This document shows positions 26,779-40,239 of a stretch of 64,000 nucleotides of DNA, piece by piece. Source of the DNA: Felis catus. Its lineage: Eukaryota. Each line of letters opens with the position of its first letter. The stretch's first letter is position 1. The position numbers were made by a program, and so were the translations under genes. The DNA lies in contig NC_058368.1 of the NCBI RefSeq assembly GCF_018350175.1, positions 35,962,001-36,026,000 on the forward strand. Direction: 5' to 3'. The notes under the pieces were generated by a model. The model was not told the DNA's origin. It did not search any database and saw only the letters and a list, made by a program, of their open reading frames with translations.

Positions 26779-28250
26779 GGAATAACAGAACAATGTTTCA
26801 GGAAGGCTAAAGGACTCCTTCAAGGTCACATGGCAGGTAGGACACGGTCCTCGAGCTAACTTGCTGCCAGTCATGTGTGCGTGTCACTGAGAGCATCAAG
26901 TGTGGAAATTGATAATCGTATCTTAAAAGCCATCTAATACTCAAATTACTCCTACTATGTTTTCCTAGGAGTAGGAATGGACTTTCTCCACTGTAGTTAT
27001 GTGACCAAACACTGTGGAGACACCCGGCTGTACTGTTTCAGATTCCTTTCTTTTTCCAACTGCCTCCTGTTGTGCCGAATTTTTAGTATTTTTTCCAGAT
27101 TTGTGTTTGTTGTTCCCTCACACTGCACTTTCCACTCATATTTCCTTATTAGCTAATTCTTCTGTTCTCTGTGGAAGAGGTGCAAATAAGCAAAGGGAAG
27201 GTGAAAAACAAATGCATCCTTGTCAAAGACAAGACTAGAAAATGACAAAGGGTTGAGGGAGGAAAGCAACAGCTAAGAAAGTAATGTAAATCTAATAACA
27301 GAATTAAGACACTTTGAAAAAAGTTAACTTGATTTCTTAAACTGCATAAAAAAAAAAAATACCTACCCTTTACCATTAGCTGGCCACTATTCTCAAGATC
27401 TCCAGAATGCTCAAGAAAAAAAATAGTTCATTTCAAGAAATGCATCAAAAAACACAGCTATTTAAGCAGCTTATGCCTGGGTAGTGCTCAGAATACAAAA
27501 AATGTTTTGTGTTTTTTTCTTTTTAAATCAATGTGTTCTTATGATATTAAAGCTCCGAGGCTAAAATTATTTTTTAAAAACTACACAACAGCAAAGTACA
27601 TATGGTATGTTTTTAACATTTTTTCCATAAGAGCAAAGCCAAGAATTATACAAAAAATATTAAAAGGATGAAATGTATATTCCTGCAGCTAGTCAAGAAA
27701 CATAAAATTGGTTATAGCCATCAGATATTGCTTTATCTTTGTTTACAAGTGCTTATCAGTTCTGGACCACTAAGGATTTCACAGGAGGTCCAAATGAGTT
27801 CTGTCGATACTCAGGATCTGTAAGTGGGAAAGCTAGAGAGCGAGAGACTTATCTAATTTGGCAGTCTTAGCAAATACTCTTAACACAGAAGTTTCATATC
27901 TGATGAATTAAAAAGCTGGCATAAAACCCACAACCATTCTGGTGTCTTAAATTCATTCATGTCTGCTTCCAGACAATCCCCGCCCTACCATAAGAAACCC
28001 AATGTTTTTATTTCTACCATAATAGCTTAGTTTTGCCTGTTCTTGAAATTGATATTAATGAAACTTTCAGTAAACACTTTTTGTGTCTTGCTTCTTTCAC
28101 TAAACAAAAGGACTTTGAAATTCATATACATGCTGTGTGATTCGATATTTGGTTCCCTTTTACTAATGAGTGATATTTTGTTGTAAAAATATACCAACAT
28201 TTCTTTACTCACTTCTGTTTATGGACTCTTTGTTTTTCAGTCTGGGGCTA

Positions 28251-28725
28251 TGTGGTGGGTTGGGTTAAACAGGGAACTGGACAAATCATATGTCAAGTTC
28301 TTACCCCAGGTATCTGTGAATGTGACTTTATTTGGAAATAAGATCTTTGCGGATACAATTAAGGATCTCCACGCGAGATCATGCTGGGTTTAGGGTGGGC
28401 TCTAAATTAAGTGACTGATGTCATTTTAATTTTTAAAAAGGGGGGTAGGGAGAGAGAAACACACAGGAGAAGGCAATGCAAAGGAGGCGGCAGAGATTGG
28501 AGAGATCCTAGCAGCTAGATAGACAAAGTCGTGACTGTGAGCTGCTATCACAAGTGAGAAGAGAGGCATGGAACACGTTCTCCCTCAAAGTCTCCAGAAG
28601 GAGCCAACCTGCCAACACCTCGATTTAGGTATTTTGGTCTCCAGAAATGTGAGAGAATAAATTTATGGTTTTAAGCCACCGCAGTTGTGGACATTTGTTA
28701 TTGGAGGCCTGTGGAAGCTAATACA
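28251..28725 (+). mobile_element. MLT1 (ERVL-MaLR) solo LTR nested in L1
   Basis: TG...CA termini; TGTGAATGTGACTTTATTTGGAAATAAG; GAGAGAATAAATTT...TTTAAGCCACC; ends CTAATACA. Confidence 0.85.
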
Positions 28726-31402
28726 GAACATTCTGAATATTCTTGTATGAATCTTCTCATTTCCATTAAGTGTCTAAAACATAGAGTAAAAACGTATACT
28801 TTTCTAAGAAATTGTCAAACTGTGTTGCTAAGTGGTTTAGACTACTTAATACCTGTTTTCTAGTTTTGCATGTTTAGGTCAATATTCCACCCCTCATTAA
28901 TTTTTCTGTGCGGTATGACAGAGGACTTGAGATTCATTTTAGTTCCTAGGGTATCCAAGTTTTGCAGTACAGTTGGATACAAAAAAAATTCCTTTCCACC
29001 CACTGACTAGCCTTGAAGTCTCTACTGAAAGTCAGTTGATGGTATTGTTGTGGGTTTATTTCTAAACTTTCTAGAAAAAGTTTATTTGTGTATTTTTAGG
29101 CCAAAGTGTTACTGTCTTGCTATCACAGTGTGAAAGTCTAAAAGTCTAAAAGTCTTCCAAGTGTGTTCTTTTTCAAAACTCATTTTATGTACTCTAGGTT
29201 CTTTGCATGCCATACGAATTTTTTGTGATTTCCTATCAATTACGCTAATAAAACCTGCTAGGATTTTGACTGGGAATGTGTATCAAATATTCGAAATTTA
29301 AGATCATTAGAGGGGAAAAAATGACATCTTAACAATACTGAGCCTTCCACTGTAGGAGCATGGAAAGTAGCTCATTTATAATTTCTTTAATTTCTCTCAG
29401 CAATATTTTGTAGTTTTTGCCATAGAAAATTAGCATGTGTTAGTGAAAATTTTTCCTAAGTATTTTACGTTTTTGGATGGTAGAATAAATAGTACTATTT
29501 TTATTTTGTTTTCCAAGATCTCACTGCTTACAGAGAAAAATACAGTTTATTTGCATATACTGATTATTCTGTGATCTTATTAAACTCACTGGTTACTTCA
29601 ACAAAGTTTGTTTGTATGAATTCATAAGGAATTTACAACAGGTCACTCAAAAATAAAGATGGCTTACTTCCTCATTTCCAATGCACAGGACTTTAAATTC
29701 TTTTTCTTTTCTTACTATACAGGTTAAAACATGCATTGTAAGGCTGAATAGAAGCATAAGAATAGATATCCTCACCTAGATTCCAATCAGAAATGACAAA
29801 GCATTGAATCTTTCACCATCAATTATGAGGGAAGTTACAGGTTTTCCATAGATGTCCTCTGTCAGGTTGAGGAAGTTCCTTCTATTTCTAGTTGCTAAGA
29901 GTTTTTATTTATCATAAATTCAAATTCTAAATACTTCTCATTTTGCGATTCTTTAGGTAATGTGATTTTTCTCTCCTTTTTCTGGTACTGTGGTTTAGTA
30001 CATTAATTTTTAAATTAAGCCAACATTATATCACTTGGTCTTTTTATGTACTGAAATATTTGAAATATAAAAATATTTTGTTACTCTTTGCATGTATGTT
30101 CGAGTCTAATTTTTGTACTGAAATTCTTTTGAGTCCTGATATCCATAATTTGAGAATTTGGTTTTGTTTTCAGTGTTTCCATTCATTCAAAATAATTTTT
30201 TCTTTGACTCACAGGTAATTAAAAAACCACATTATGCAATTTTCAAACAGTGAGATGTTCCATTATTATTATCCAATTTACTGTTAACAGAAAACACACT
30301 CAGCAAGATTTCAATCTTTTGAAAATTATAGAGATATATTTTATGTCCCCACAGGGTCTACTTTGGTGAATGTACCATGTGTATTTGAAGACAATGCGTA
30401 CCCTAGAGTTGTTCTGAGGAAGCCCCACAAATATTAGAACAAAACCGCTGACAGAACTTGATTTTCTATGTATTTACTGTCTTTTTTTTTCTTTTTTAGT
30501 CTATAGTTTTTCCTAGAATTTGCTGAAAAAGGGCCATGATAAGGTTAGGATCAGGGAGTTATCTATTTCTCCATTTAATTCAGCCAGTTTGTGCTTGATG
30601 AATTTTGATGCTGTTACTAGGAGCTTACATATTTAAGACGATTATTCTTAGTAAACTACTCCTTTTATCATTGTGTGATATCACTCTTTATTTCTTATAA
30701 TACGCTCTGCCTTGAAGTATACGTTTCCTGAAATATACGTAACTTTGCTACTTTTCTTATTGTTCTGTTTTCCATTTGTCCCTTCTGCTTTTCAACTACA
30801 AAAGCAAGAAAAAGATAAAAGAGATGTAGTCAAGCAATGTTTAGTATTCCGTTTTATTTCTTCCATTGGCCTTTGAGCTCTATTTCTTTTAATTATATTT
30901 TTTTCTGGTTGCTGGAAGACTAACAAAATGCATCTTTATATATCAGCCTCCTAGAGTTACTATTAGGTCAATATTGTACGTGTATATATTTTCCTTTTTC
31001 TACATTTCACTCACATCTCACACTGCCTGAGATTCATTTCATATGTGTAATGCTATAACAGTGCAATTCCATTTGTGGTACCCCCATCATTTGTGCAATT
31101 ACTAGCTTTTACTTCTATGTACATTAGAAACCCCATCCTGCCGGATTTTTTTTTAATTATCAATTTTAAGTAATTTATGAGAAGAGGAAACAGTTTATTT
31201 ACTATTTCAGGCACTCTTATTCCTTTTTGTAGATTGGAAGTTTCCATCTGGTGTCATTTCCCTCTGGCTTGAAGGATAACCTTTAGCATTTATTTCTTGT
31301 AGGGCAGGTCTGATGGCTACAAACTCAGCTCACTAAAAATGTCTAAATTTTACCCTATTTTTGGAAGGGTATCTACTAAATAGAGAATTTTGACTTTACA
31401 GG

Positions 31403-31464
31403 TTTTGTTTTTAAGTTTATTTATTTTGAGGAAGCGAGGGAGGGGGGAGAGGGAGAGAGGGAGA

Positions 31465-31522
<58 letters not shown>

Positions 31523-31635
31523 CAGGCAGGCAGCGGGGAGCCTGAGGTGGGGCTGGAATTCAGGAACCCTGAGAACATGAACTGAGCTGAAATCAAGAGC
31601 CCAACACTTAACCGACTGAGCCACCCATGTGCCCC
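31403..31635 (-). mobile_element. SINEC with expanded (GA)n tract
   Basis: Ends GCCACCCATGTGCCCC. (GA)n at about 31469-31521. TACAGG on both flanks. Confidence 0.92.
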
Positions 31636-32694
31636 TACAGGGTTAATTTTTCATTATTACTTCAACACTTTACACCCTTCCGTTGACTTCTGCTTTCCAT
31701 TATTTCTGCAGTGTTAGCAAAATCTCTCATTTTCCCACATGCGATGTGTCTGCCCACCCCTAATGCACCAGGTTACTATCATGATTTTTCTTTATCTTTG
31801 GCTTTCAGCAGTTTGACCAGGATGTGCCAAGGTCTTTTTTTTTTTCCTTTACATTATCCTGCTTGGGATATGCCGAGCTTCTTGAATCTTCAATTTCTAC
31901 TCCTCACCCAATTTACCCAATTTGGAAGTCTTGGCCATTATTTCTTCAAATATTTTGTCAGCCACAATCTCACTCTCTTCTCCTTTGGGGACTCCAATTA
32001 CAAGTGTTTTGGAATGACTGGTATTGACCCACAATACCTAAGGTTCTGTTAGTTTTTTACACTTTTTTTTTTTTTTTTTTTTGGCCTACATCCTTAAGAT
32101 AAAATTACCTCTGTAGAGAGGCCTTCAAACTCGCGGACTCTTCCGCATCTCCAATACACTATTAAACCTACATGCTAAATATTTCAATTCAGTGATTGAA
32201 CTTTTCAGTTTGAGAATTTCCATATGGTAAATTTTTACAGTTTTCATTTCCCTGAAGAGATTTCTCCATTAAGACCATGTTGTTGTTGTTTTAATTCCTT
32301 GAAGATAATTTCCTGTAGTTCTTTGAACATATTCATAATATCCACAGTAAAGTCTTTGCCTGTGAAATCCCAAATCCGGGCCATCTTGGGTCTGGTTTGA
32401 TTTTCTTTGATGATAAATCCCATTTCATTTTTCTTTACTATTTAATGTTACAATACCGCAACAACTGTTGAGTTATAATACTCCTTTGAGGAATGTTCAT
32501 TCTAGTTTTAGCAGGCAAATCACTGGGTGATCACCTTAAGTTGTATAGGCTTGAGTTTACTCACTGTTAGTGTAGCGGTGGGAAGTAAAGGATTCACCCT
32601 AGCCCCTGGAACTTGGTATCTAAACTTTCTTCCCGGAGGAGTCTGCAAGACTCGATTATAGGTTTCCCTAAGGTGAGTCCTGAGTAGGTCCTTC

Positions 32695-32905
32695 TTTTTT
32701 GTTTTGTTTAAAATTTCTTCTAATGTTTATTTATCTTTGAGAGAGAGAAGGTGGGGAGGGGCAGAGAGCGAGGAAGACACAGAATCCAAAGCAAGCTCTA
32801 GGCTCTGAGCTGTTGAGCCTGATACGGGGCTCGAACCCACAAACGGTGAAATCATGACCTGAGCTAAAGATGGACGCTCAACTGATTGAGCCACCCAGGT
32901 GCCCC
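32695..32905 (-). mobile_element. SINEC
   Basis: TSD GAGTAGGT(C/A)CTTC at 32682-32694 and 32908-32920. Confidence 0.93.
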
Positions 32906-33652
32906 TAGAGTAGGTACTTCTTCAGGGTGTGGTACTCATTCCTAAAGTACAACCTTTCCAGTTGTTTGAATAAATACCCAAGTGAGCAAATGAGGTGCTA
33001 AGATGATTTCTCTATTTTGGCAGAGCCAGAAATCCCATGCCTCCCAGCAATGCTGGACCTCTAGGATCTCCACTCCACTCCTAACTTGTAACAAGTGCCC
33101 TGTGACAAATCTCGATCAGCCTAGGAACAGCGCAGCCTCCAGGCACAGACTCAGTGGAGATCTGCACAAGGACCAGATAGGACCCTTTCTGTACAACCCC
33201 TCCCCCTTTAATGCCCTGCCCAGCAGAGTCCAGCTGTTTCAACTGCTACAAATTCTGATCTCTGCCTCTTCTGCTTAGAGAAAAACAGCCTCTGCTTAAA
33301 CTTCAGTTCTCTGTGCTATAACTGTAAATTTTTCACCAGGCCAAAAGCTGGGCACTCATGAAGTTAGTATAGTTTCTGTTTTCTCAAGGCTTGCAATTTT
33401 TCTCTACTGGTTGTCTACGGTCTTAAAACAGACGACTTGCATATTTTGCCTAGTTTATCTCTGTTAGTGGTTTACACAGCTTTGGCTAATTTATTCCTAA
33501 GTCTTTTATGTTTTTGTTATGTTACTGTAAATGCAATTTTAAAAACTTATAATTTCAGTTTTAAGAATACCAAAAAATATTTACCTAGATTAATGCATTG
33601 TTTGTATTTTGCCCCACTTGTTTTATCCTATTCTCTCTCTCTCCCTCCATCT

Positions 33653-33655
<3 letters not shown>

Positions 33656-33691
<36 letters not shown>
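33656..33691 (+). repeat. (CA)~18 microsatellite
   Basis: Read directly. Confidence 0.97.
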
Positions 33692-33694
<3 letters not shown>

Positions 33695-34829
33695 GTTACA
33701 GTGATGTTCACCAGTTTTTCCAATGTAAAGTTGCTATATTTTTCCTTTATAATTAATAAGCATTTCATAGGGAGATACTTTGAGACTTTGTGAATAGTAT
33801 GTATATAATCCATTTTCATCAATTTTTCACCTTCATGTTAACGGGGACAGACCACTAAGGAGAGTATTATAGTATTTATTCAACCTTATTAAAAATGCAC
33901 TTTAAGACCCTTTCAGAAGGCCTCAAGAATGAGACGCAAAGCAGCCTATAGCTACAATTACACCTTAAGCCACAAGTGTGACACAACTATCTAGTCTATG
34001 GTAACTTAGTTCCATGAGTCCAGTCTCCCCCTTCCCATTATGTTTCCAAAATAGTCTCAGAAGAGAATATGGAAACCTATATAATGAGATTTGCAGAATG
34101 CAGAAAATGCTTCCCAGGCACTAGATGATATTTGGATCTAAAAAAGCAACCTTAAAACAATGTTGTTTGCAAAGTGATGAATCATAAGAGACCTTTTTGC
34201 TTATAACTACAAAATGCTTTAGGCTTTATTTCAAATGAATGATGTATGGCTAGTAATTAGTATGTGACTGTAATGATGTTTTGTTTTGTTTTTGCAAATG
34301 AAACAAATTAAGCAGATTGTGCCATAAAATTTCAATACTATATAGATGGTCTAACTAGAAAGCATCATATTTCCATACCAAAAAACAACAAAGAATCCAC
34401 ATTTCCTATTATGGACTTAAATGCCCCACTTTGTAGTTGTCTGTTTAGATGATTTAAAATCCCAAAGAAGAAAACGCCCAAATTTCTAAAAACTTAATTT
34501 CAAGTTCAACAATTTCAGCTCCTACTTGAACATTCTAAGTAATTTGCATCTATTAATAACTCAAAGTTAACCTTTAAATACTAAAATAAATTGGTCCAGT
34601 AATGAAGCATACAGAAACCACAACTAAAAACAACTTCAAGTACAGTGGGCATCTACAGCGAACAGAAACGTAAGAGTGGTGGGCACCACAAGAAATGGAG
34701 TATTATCTTTTCATGTCCTAGAAGTACAAGCTCATAGCTGATCAGTAACAGTTATTGGTTGAGTGAACAGGTTGCCTCATCTATGAAATGGTAATGCCTA
34801 TTTCTGGAGTTATGTGAGAGCCAGATACA

Positions 34830-35270
34830 ATTACTCATTTATGTGTCAAATATTTATTGAGCATTTATTACGTGCCAAACACTCTTTTTGGCCTTGGAGA
34901 TTCACATTAAAAATAAGATGACAAGAACTTGGTCCAAATGGGGTGTGCTGTAAGTAAGCAGGCAGAGAAAGGAAGAGAAAAACAGAAACGAATAGACAAG
35001 ATCCTTTCAGATAAGGACGAGTGCTATGACTAAGTAGGGTTCAAGAGATAGAGAGTGATGGGGGGCATCATCATGATGAATGCGTTCATGACAAAGTGGC
35101 ATTTAGGCTGAAACAAAGGGATCTGCAAGAGTAAAGACAAATCTGAGGTGGGGATAGCAATTGAGTATGGCTGCAACACAGTAAATAAGAAAGGGAGTGG
35201 TAAACTGAGTTTCAAGAAATAGACACTAGATCATCTTACAAATTATAATCAAATTAGAAACTATTAGAAC
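34830..35270 (-). mobile_element. L2 3' fragment, probably continuing at about 37540-37650
   Basis: CAAATATTTATTGAGCATTTATTACGTGCCAAACACT is the reverse of the L2 3' end. Confidence 0.65.
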
Positions 35271-35274
35271 TTCC

Positions 35275-37540
35275 AAAGGGAAATTCCTCTTCTGGCCAAA
35301 GATGGAAAAACAGGGACTAGGCTTACCACCCTGCCTGAAGCAATAGTTTTCAGACAGTAGACATCAGTGTGGGACAGTGGCACCTGAGAAAGGGGAAACA
35401 AGGTGAGCTCTACGACTGTGCTAGCTCACTTTTTAGAAAGAGTTTCCAAACCGCAGCACAGAGAGGAGGAAGCCAGGTAGAATCATGGGGTCTCCATGAG
35501 TTGAGGAGAGGCAGGTGAGAGTCTGCTAATGCCAAGGCAGATAGAGTTCTTTGGACAGAGTACCAGAAAGAAAAGAGTAGCACAGAGAAAAAGCTCGGGA
35601 GATCTCAAGAGATTTCCCCTATGTCTTTAGCTCTGGTACTGATGAGCACACGCATGTAAGAAAACCACTAGAGGCTGGAGAAAGAATCAGCTAAAAGCAC
35701 TGGAGGTAACTGTGCCTGATTCTCACACAGGGCTGGGAACAGGACTTGATCCCATCAGCCAGAGTGGGAAAACTTCAAAATTCATGGGATATTGAGTAGA
35801 ATGCTCAGCAGACTATTACTGAGTATCACTCTTGGGGGAAAATAAGCTCTAGATTGAAGGCTCCTCTGATTCTATGTAACAAAGCTTAAATACAAGCCAC
35901 ATAAGTATCAAACTATTTGCAAGTAATTTAACTGTCTCCCCAAACAAAGCACAAGAGTATTTATAAGAGTACAAAAGTATCTACAGCACAACATGGTAAA
36001 AAAAAAAAAAAAAAAAAAAAATTGGCACCCAAACAAAGATTATTAGCCACCCAAAGTGGTAGGAAAATATAACCACCTAGGAGAATATTTAATAAACACA
36101 GATCCAGAAATACACGAATGACAGAAACAATAACCAGAAAGAAGTTATTATAAAACTATTTCATATGTTTGACAGGGTTGTAGAAAGAATGAGAATTTTC
36201 AGAAGAGAAAAGATATATTTTTAAAAAAATACCCAAACTGAGTTTCTAGAGAAAAAAAGTTATGATATCTGAGATGACTGAATAGGAAAAACAACAGATT
36301 AGACACCACAAAAGAAAAAAACTGGAATACATAGCCACAGAAATCATCTCAAATAAAAAAATTAAAAAGAAAACCAACAAAAAACCAGAGACAAATATGG
36401 AACACCTTCAAAAGGACTAATATATGTGTAATAATAAAATATATGCAAATGAAGTCCCTGAAATAGAGGAAGGAGGTACAGAAAAAGTAACTGAAAAAAA
36501 GTAATGGCTAAACTTTTACAATTCAAAAACTATAAACCCAGAGATCCACAAGCTCAATGAACTCCACAGCCTAGAAATATGAAGAAAACTACATCCAAGG
36601 TACATCATAATCAAATTGTCCAAAACTAGTGAGAAAGAGAAAAATCTTCAAAATCAGACAATAAAAAAAAACAAAAACAAAAAGACATAACAAAGGAATA
36701 AAGGTAAGAATGATGGCAGACTGCTTGCCCAAAATTATGCAAACAATGAGACAGTGAAGTAACACGTTTGGAGTACTGAAAGGAAAAACTATCAATCTGG
36801 AATTCCATATTCGTGAAAACACTTTTCAAAATGAAGGCGGTGAAAAGAATTCCCCAGACGTACAAAAAATGAAAGAATTCATTAGCACTGGAAGAAATAT
36901 TACAGTTATTTCTTCAGGGAGAAGGAAGAGGATTCTAAGTCAAGATTTACACACACAAGTGAAGAATGCTGGAAATGGTAGATATGTGAGCAGACATAAA
37001 AGACAAATGATTATTGACAGTAAAAACAATAACCACGTGTTAGGAGATTTAAACATGTTGAGGCAAAATGTATGATAACAATAGCACAAAGCCCCAAAGT
37101 GTTGGAAAACAGGAGTACATCATTTTAAGACTTCATACCACACAGAAAATGGTATAATATCATTTGAAGTTAGTTAAAAATATATATTATAAACACTAAT
37201 GCAAGCATTAATAAAGTAGTAACTAATAAGTCAACAAGAAGATAAAGTCACTACAATATTTAATCCAAGAGAAAAAGAGTACCAAAGAATAGATGACAGG
37301 GAAAATAAATAGCAAAACAGTAGATTCAAACCCTACCATATTAGTATCCCACATTAAAGGAAAATGGTCAATACTACACTGAAAAGGTAGAAATCATTAG
37401 ATTGGATTAAAAAAGTCATTATGCTGCCTGTAACAATAGTAGTTTAAAAGGAAAAGAACAAAAAAGATAGACCATGTTATCACTAATCAAAATAAAGCTG
37501 GAGTGGCTGTATTAACACAGCACAAAGTAAATATTAAAAC
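35275..37540 (+). mobile_element. Old L1 5' portion: 5' UTR, degenerate ORF1, start of ORF2 endonuclease
   Basis: CTTCTGGCCAAAGATGG start. ORF1-like ACATCATAATCAAATTG...GAGAAAATCTTCAAA. ORF2-start-like ACATTAAAGGAAAATGGTC...AGATTGGATTAAAAAA...TATGCTGCCTGTAA. Confidence 0.75.
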
Positions 37541-37673
37541 CTTTAGAGAGTATTTTAAAACTTGGAGGTGACATAATCTCATTTAGGGTTTTTATTTTTT
37601 TCCATTTAGTTTTATGATAAGTGATCACTAGATGCTATGTGGAAAAAGACAATACATTTAAAACATGCGGCAT

Positions 37674-38320
37674 TCCACCTTCAGCAACCTTAAAGATTTA
37701 AGGGTCAAATCTGTTCAGGGGGGGTATGATGAGGGAGCGTAAGGCAGGCTGCCACAGTGCAAACACCCTCTCCCACAGGTGGGATATTCCTCAGGCACTC
37801 CTGGAGATCATGTGATCTCTATCAGTTATATGTCTTAGTAAATTACAAGAAAAAGGCAATCTTATTAATAGCCTAATCTCTGGAAACCTATAGACTCAGT
37901 TTTCTGGAGTCCCAACATCACCCTCCCCTCCATAGTGACGTGGGGAACAAAGACAAGAAGGAAATGGTAGGTGAAATTAAATTTCTTTATGACCCGCAGT
38001 CCATTGACAAATACTTGGGGCAAATACAGAGTAGTATAACATGTCTCCAGGAACTCCCTAGTGTCTTAATGTTAATGTCTTACTAGAAGGAAAACAACCT
38101 TAGCTTGACAATAGCAAGTCCTCTGTACCTTAGGAGCCCTCTTGAGCACATCAAAATCCTTCGGGAGGCCTCCCTTTTGACTTTACCTCCCCCAACTCCA
38201 TAGTATATAACCACTCACTCTTCACAACCCCTGTGCAGCTTTTTCTGCCCACAGGTCCTGTCCCCATGCTTTAATAAAATCATGTTTTTTTACACACAAA
38301 AAATAAATATAAATGACAAT
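37674..38320 (+). mobile_element. Carnivore ERV1-like 3' end: short internal piece, PPT, U3-R and A-rich tail
   Basis: AGGGGGGG (37717-37724) precedes TG at 37727. TATATAA at 38204-38210, AATAAA at 38273-38278, A-rich tail from about 38298. Degenerate 14-bp direct repeat on both flanks. Confidence 0.7.
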
Positions 38321-38779
38321 AAAACATGAGACATAGGGCCTGAAACACAGTAAGCAATCAACAAACAGTAAAAACAAAAATGTATGCAGTTAATGAAGGA
38401 CTGCCCCAGTAACATCATCCTTAAGGGTTAATGTTTTCTCAACAGTATTGTTCTAAAATTAATACCCACACTTTATTCTATTTTAAATTTGGCTCCCCTT
38501 TACCATTCATTAACATGTATGAAACAAAAGCACTCTAAGCATGGCGATCGCTGCCTGACTTGCAGGGCTTCATTTAATAAAAGAGGGATTACGAGAAATC
38601 ATCAAAATACCATAAACATGATACTTACATTTAAGAGCCACTTTGGCTAAATCCTCTACACTTTCAAGTGGTTAATTAATTACATGCTGAAGATTGATCA
38701 GTGGACCAGATAAAAATTAGTCACAGAGTAAAACAGAAAGTTGGATCTGAAGATAAGATGCAAACATATGTATGTATGT

Positions 38780-38781
<2 letters not shown>

Positions 38782-38819
<38 letters not shown>
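38782..38819 (+). repeat. (CA)~19 microsatellite
   Basis: Read directly. Confidence 0.97.
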
Positions 38820-38821
<2 letters not shown>

Positions 38822-40239
38822 CACAGCCAGACCTTTGGATATAATTCTAGCCAGCTGACCCTTTTATCTCTATCTCCAGAAGCTGATCTCACTAGCCGAC
38901 TTTCAAGTTTTGGGTGGTACTATGGAAAAGGAAGGTCAGGGATAGTGGAGGTAAGAGTGACACAGGAAAAACTCTGTTATATATTAGATTATTCAAAAGT
39001 AATGAAGAGTAAGAGGGTCTTTTCCTGTAACATTTGCTAATTACCTCATATTTTAAAGTAACAACTTTCCCCCAACATTCTTAAATGACCAATTCCTTGC
39101 TTTGACTTTAATTTCTCCTATGCCATTTTACAAATTCTTGCTCCTTCTCCAATGCCAGAATATTAATGGCAATATTATCATTAAGAATGATACCTTGCTG
39201 TGTTTCTTGGTATTGATTGTTTGCACTTCTTATACTCTGTTTCTACATTAGGACAAAATAAAATTCATTCAGGGGCTTCTAAAAATAAAATCAATGGCCT
39301 GGAAATTCATTATTTGGGTTTGTGCTTCAGTACAAGTCATTGATTTGGGGGGGGGAGGGGTGCGGTGCGTTTGAGAGTGTTCAAGCCAAATCATTGTGAT
39401 ACATTTTTCTGGCAACTCCTCTGCCCTTCAGCCATAAAGTATGTCTGTTATTTTGTTCAAAGATGTCAGAGGGGCCAGGTCTGTGTCTGCATTTCAGGAA
39501 AAATGGGGAACTATGTAGACACTGATGGCAGGACTCAGGCAGTGGACTTAACCAATAAAGGATAAGGCTACAGCTCAGAGCCATGGTTAAGGAAAAGTAA
39601 GTAGAAACCTGCATTGCGGGGAGGATGACATTGGGAAAAGGTAGTCTTCATCCGGCAAGCAAGGTAACTACTAAAGCCAGCAGGAAGAATTATAGATAGT
39701 TCCAAAGGAGATAATAAGAATCTAGTAAGAAATAAGGGGCTAAGAACACAGCAGATAAAGCCCTCCTAAGAGAAAAACTTAGAAAAGTCAGTAAGGCAAA
39801 AGAGTGCATAAAGTTACAGAATGAGAGAGAACAGACTGGTAGATGGAAAATTAAACAATAAAGGGAAGGACTGTCACGAAGCTAACTGAACTGGTTTTCT
39901 CTTAAGTACATTCAAACTATAGAATGCTTTTAAAAAAAATTCTGGGTCAGAACTTAGGCAAAGCATAAATAAAGGAAGTGTCAAGAAAACCTCTACTACA
40001 AAGCTGCTGGAACTTTAAATCCTTTCAGAACATACTAGCGTTCAACTGATCAGAATGATTTAGGTGCTTTACTGTGGCTAGTGGTTCCAAGGGCAGCTAC
40101 TTTCAAAGGAAACACTGATAAAATAGGATAGACAGACTCTACTTGGCCACAGCATAAAACATCAGTAATGCCAACAACTACCGCAGGAAGACACGTAATG
40201 TGACGTCAATGAGTAAAAAGAAAAAAAAAAAACAATTGA

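Larger units (their letters stand above)
27960..33470 (-). mobile_element. Ancient, highly degenerate, near full-length L1 (L1M-type): 3' UTR, ORF2, ORF1 and probable 5' UTR
   Basis: Reverse-strand L1 motifs throughout, e.g. TAGTTTTGCCTGTTCTTGAA, CAGGTTGAGGAAGTTCCTTCTATTTCTAG, CTTTATCTTTGGCTTTCAGCAGTTTGAC. Interrupted by an MLT1 and two SINEs. Confidence 0.75.
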
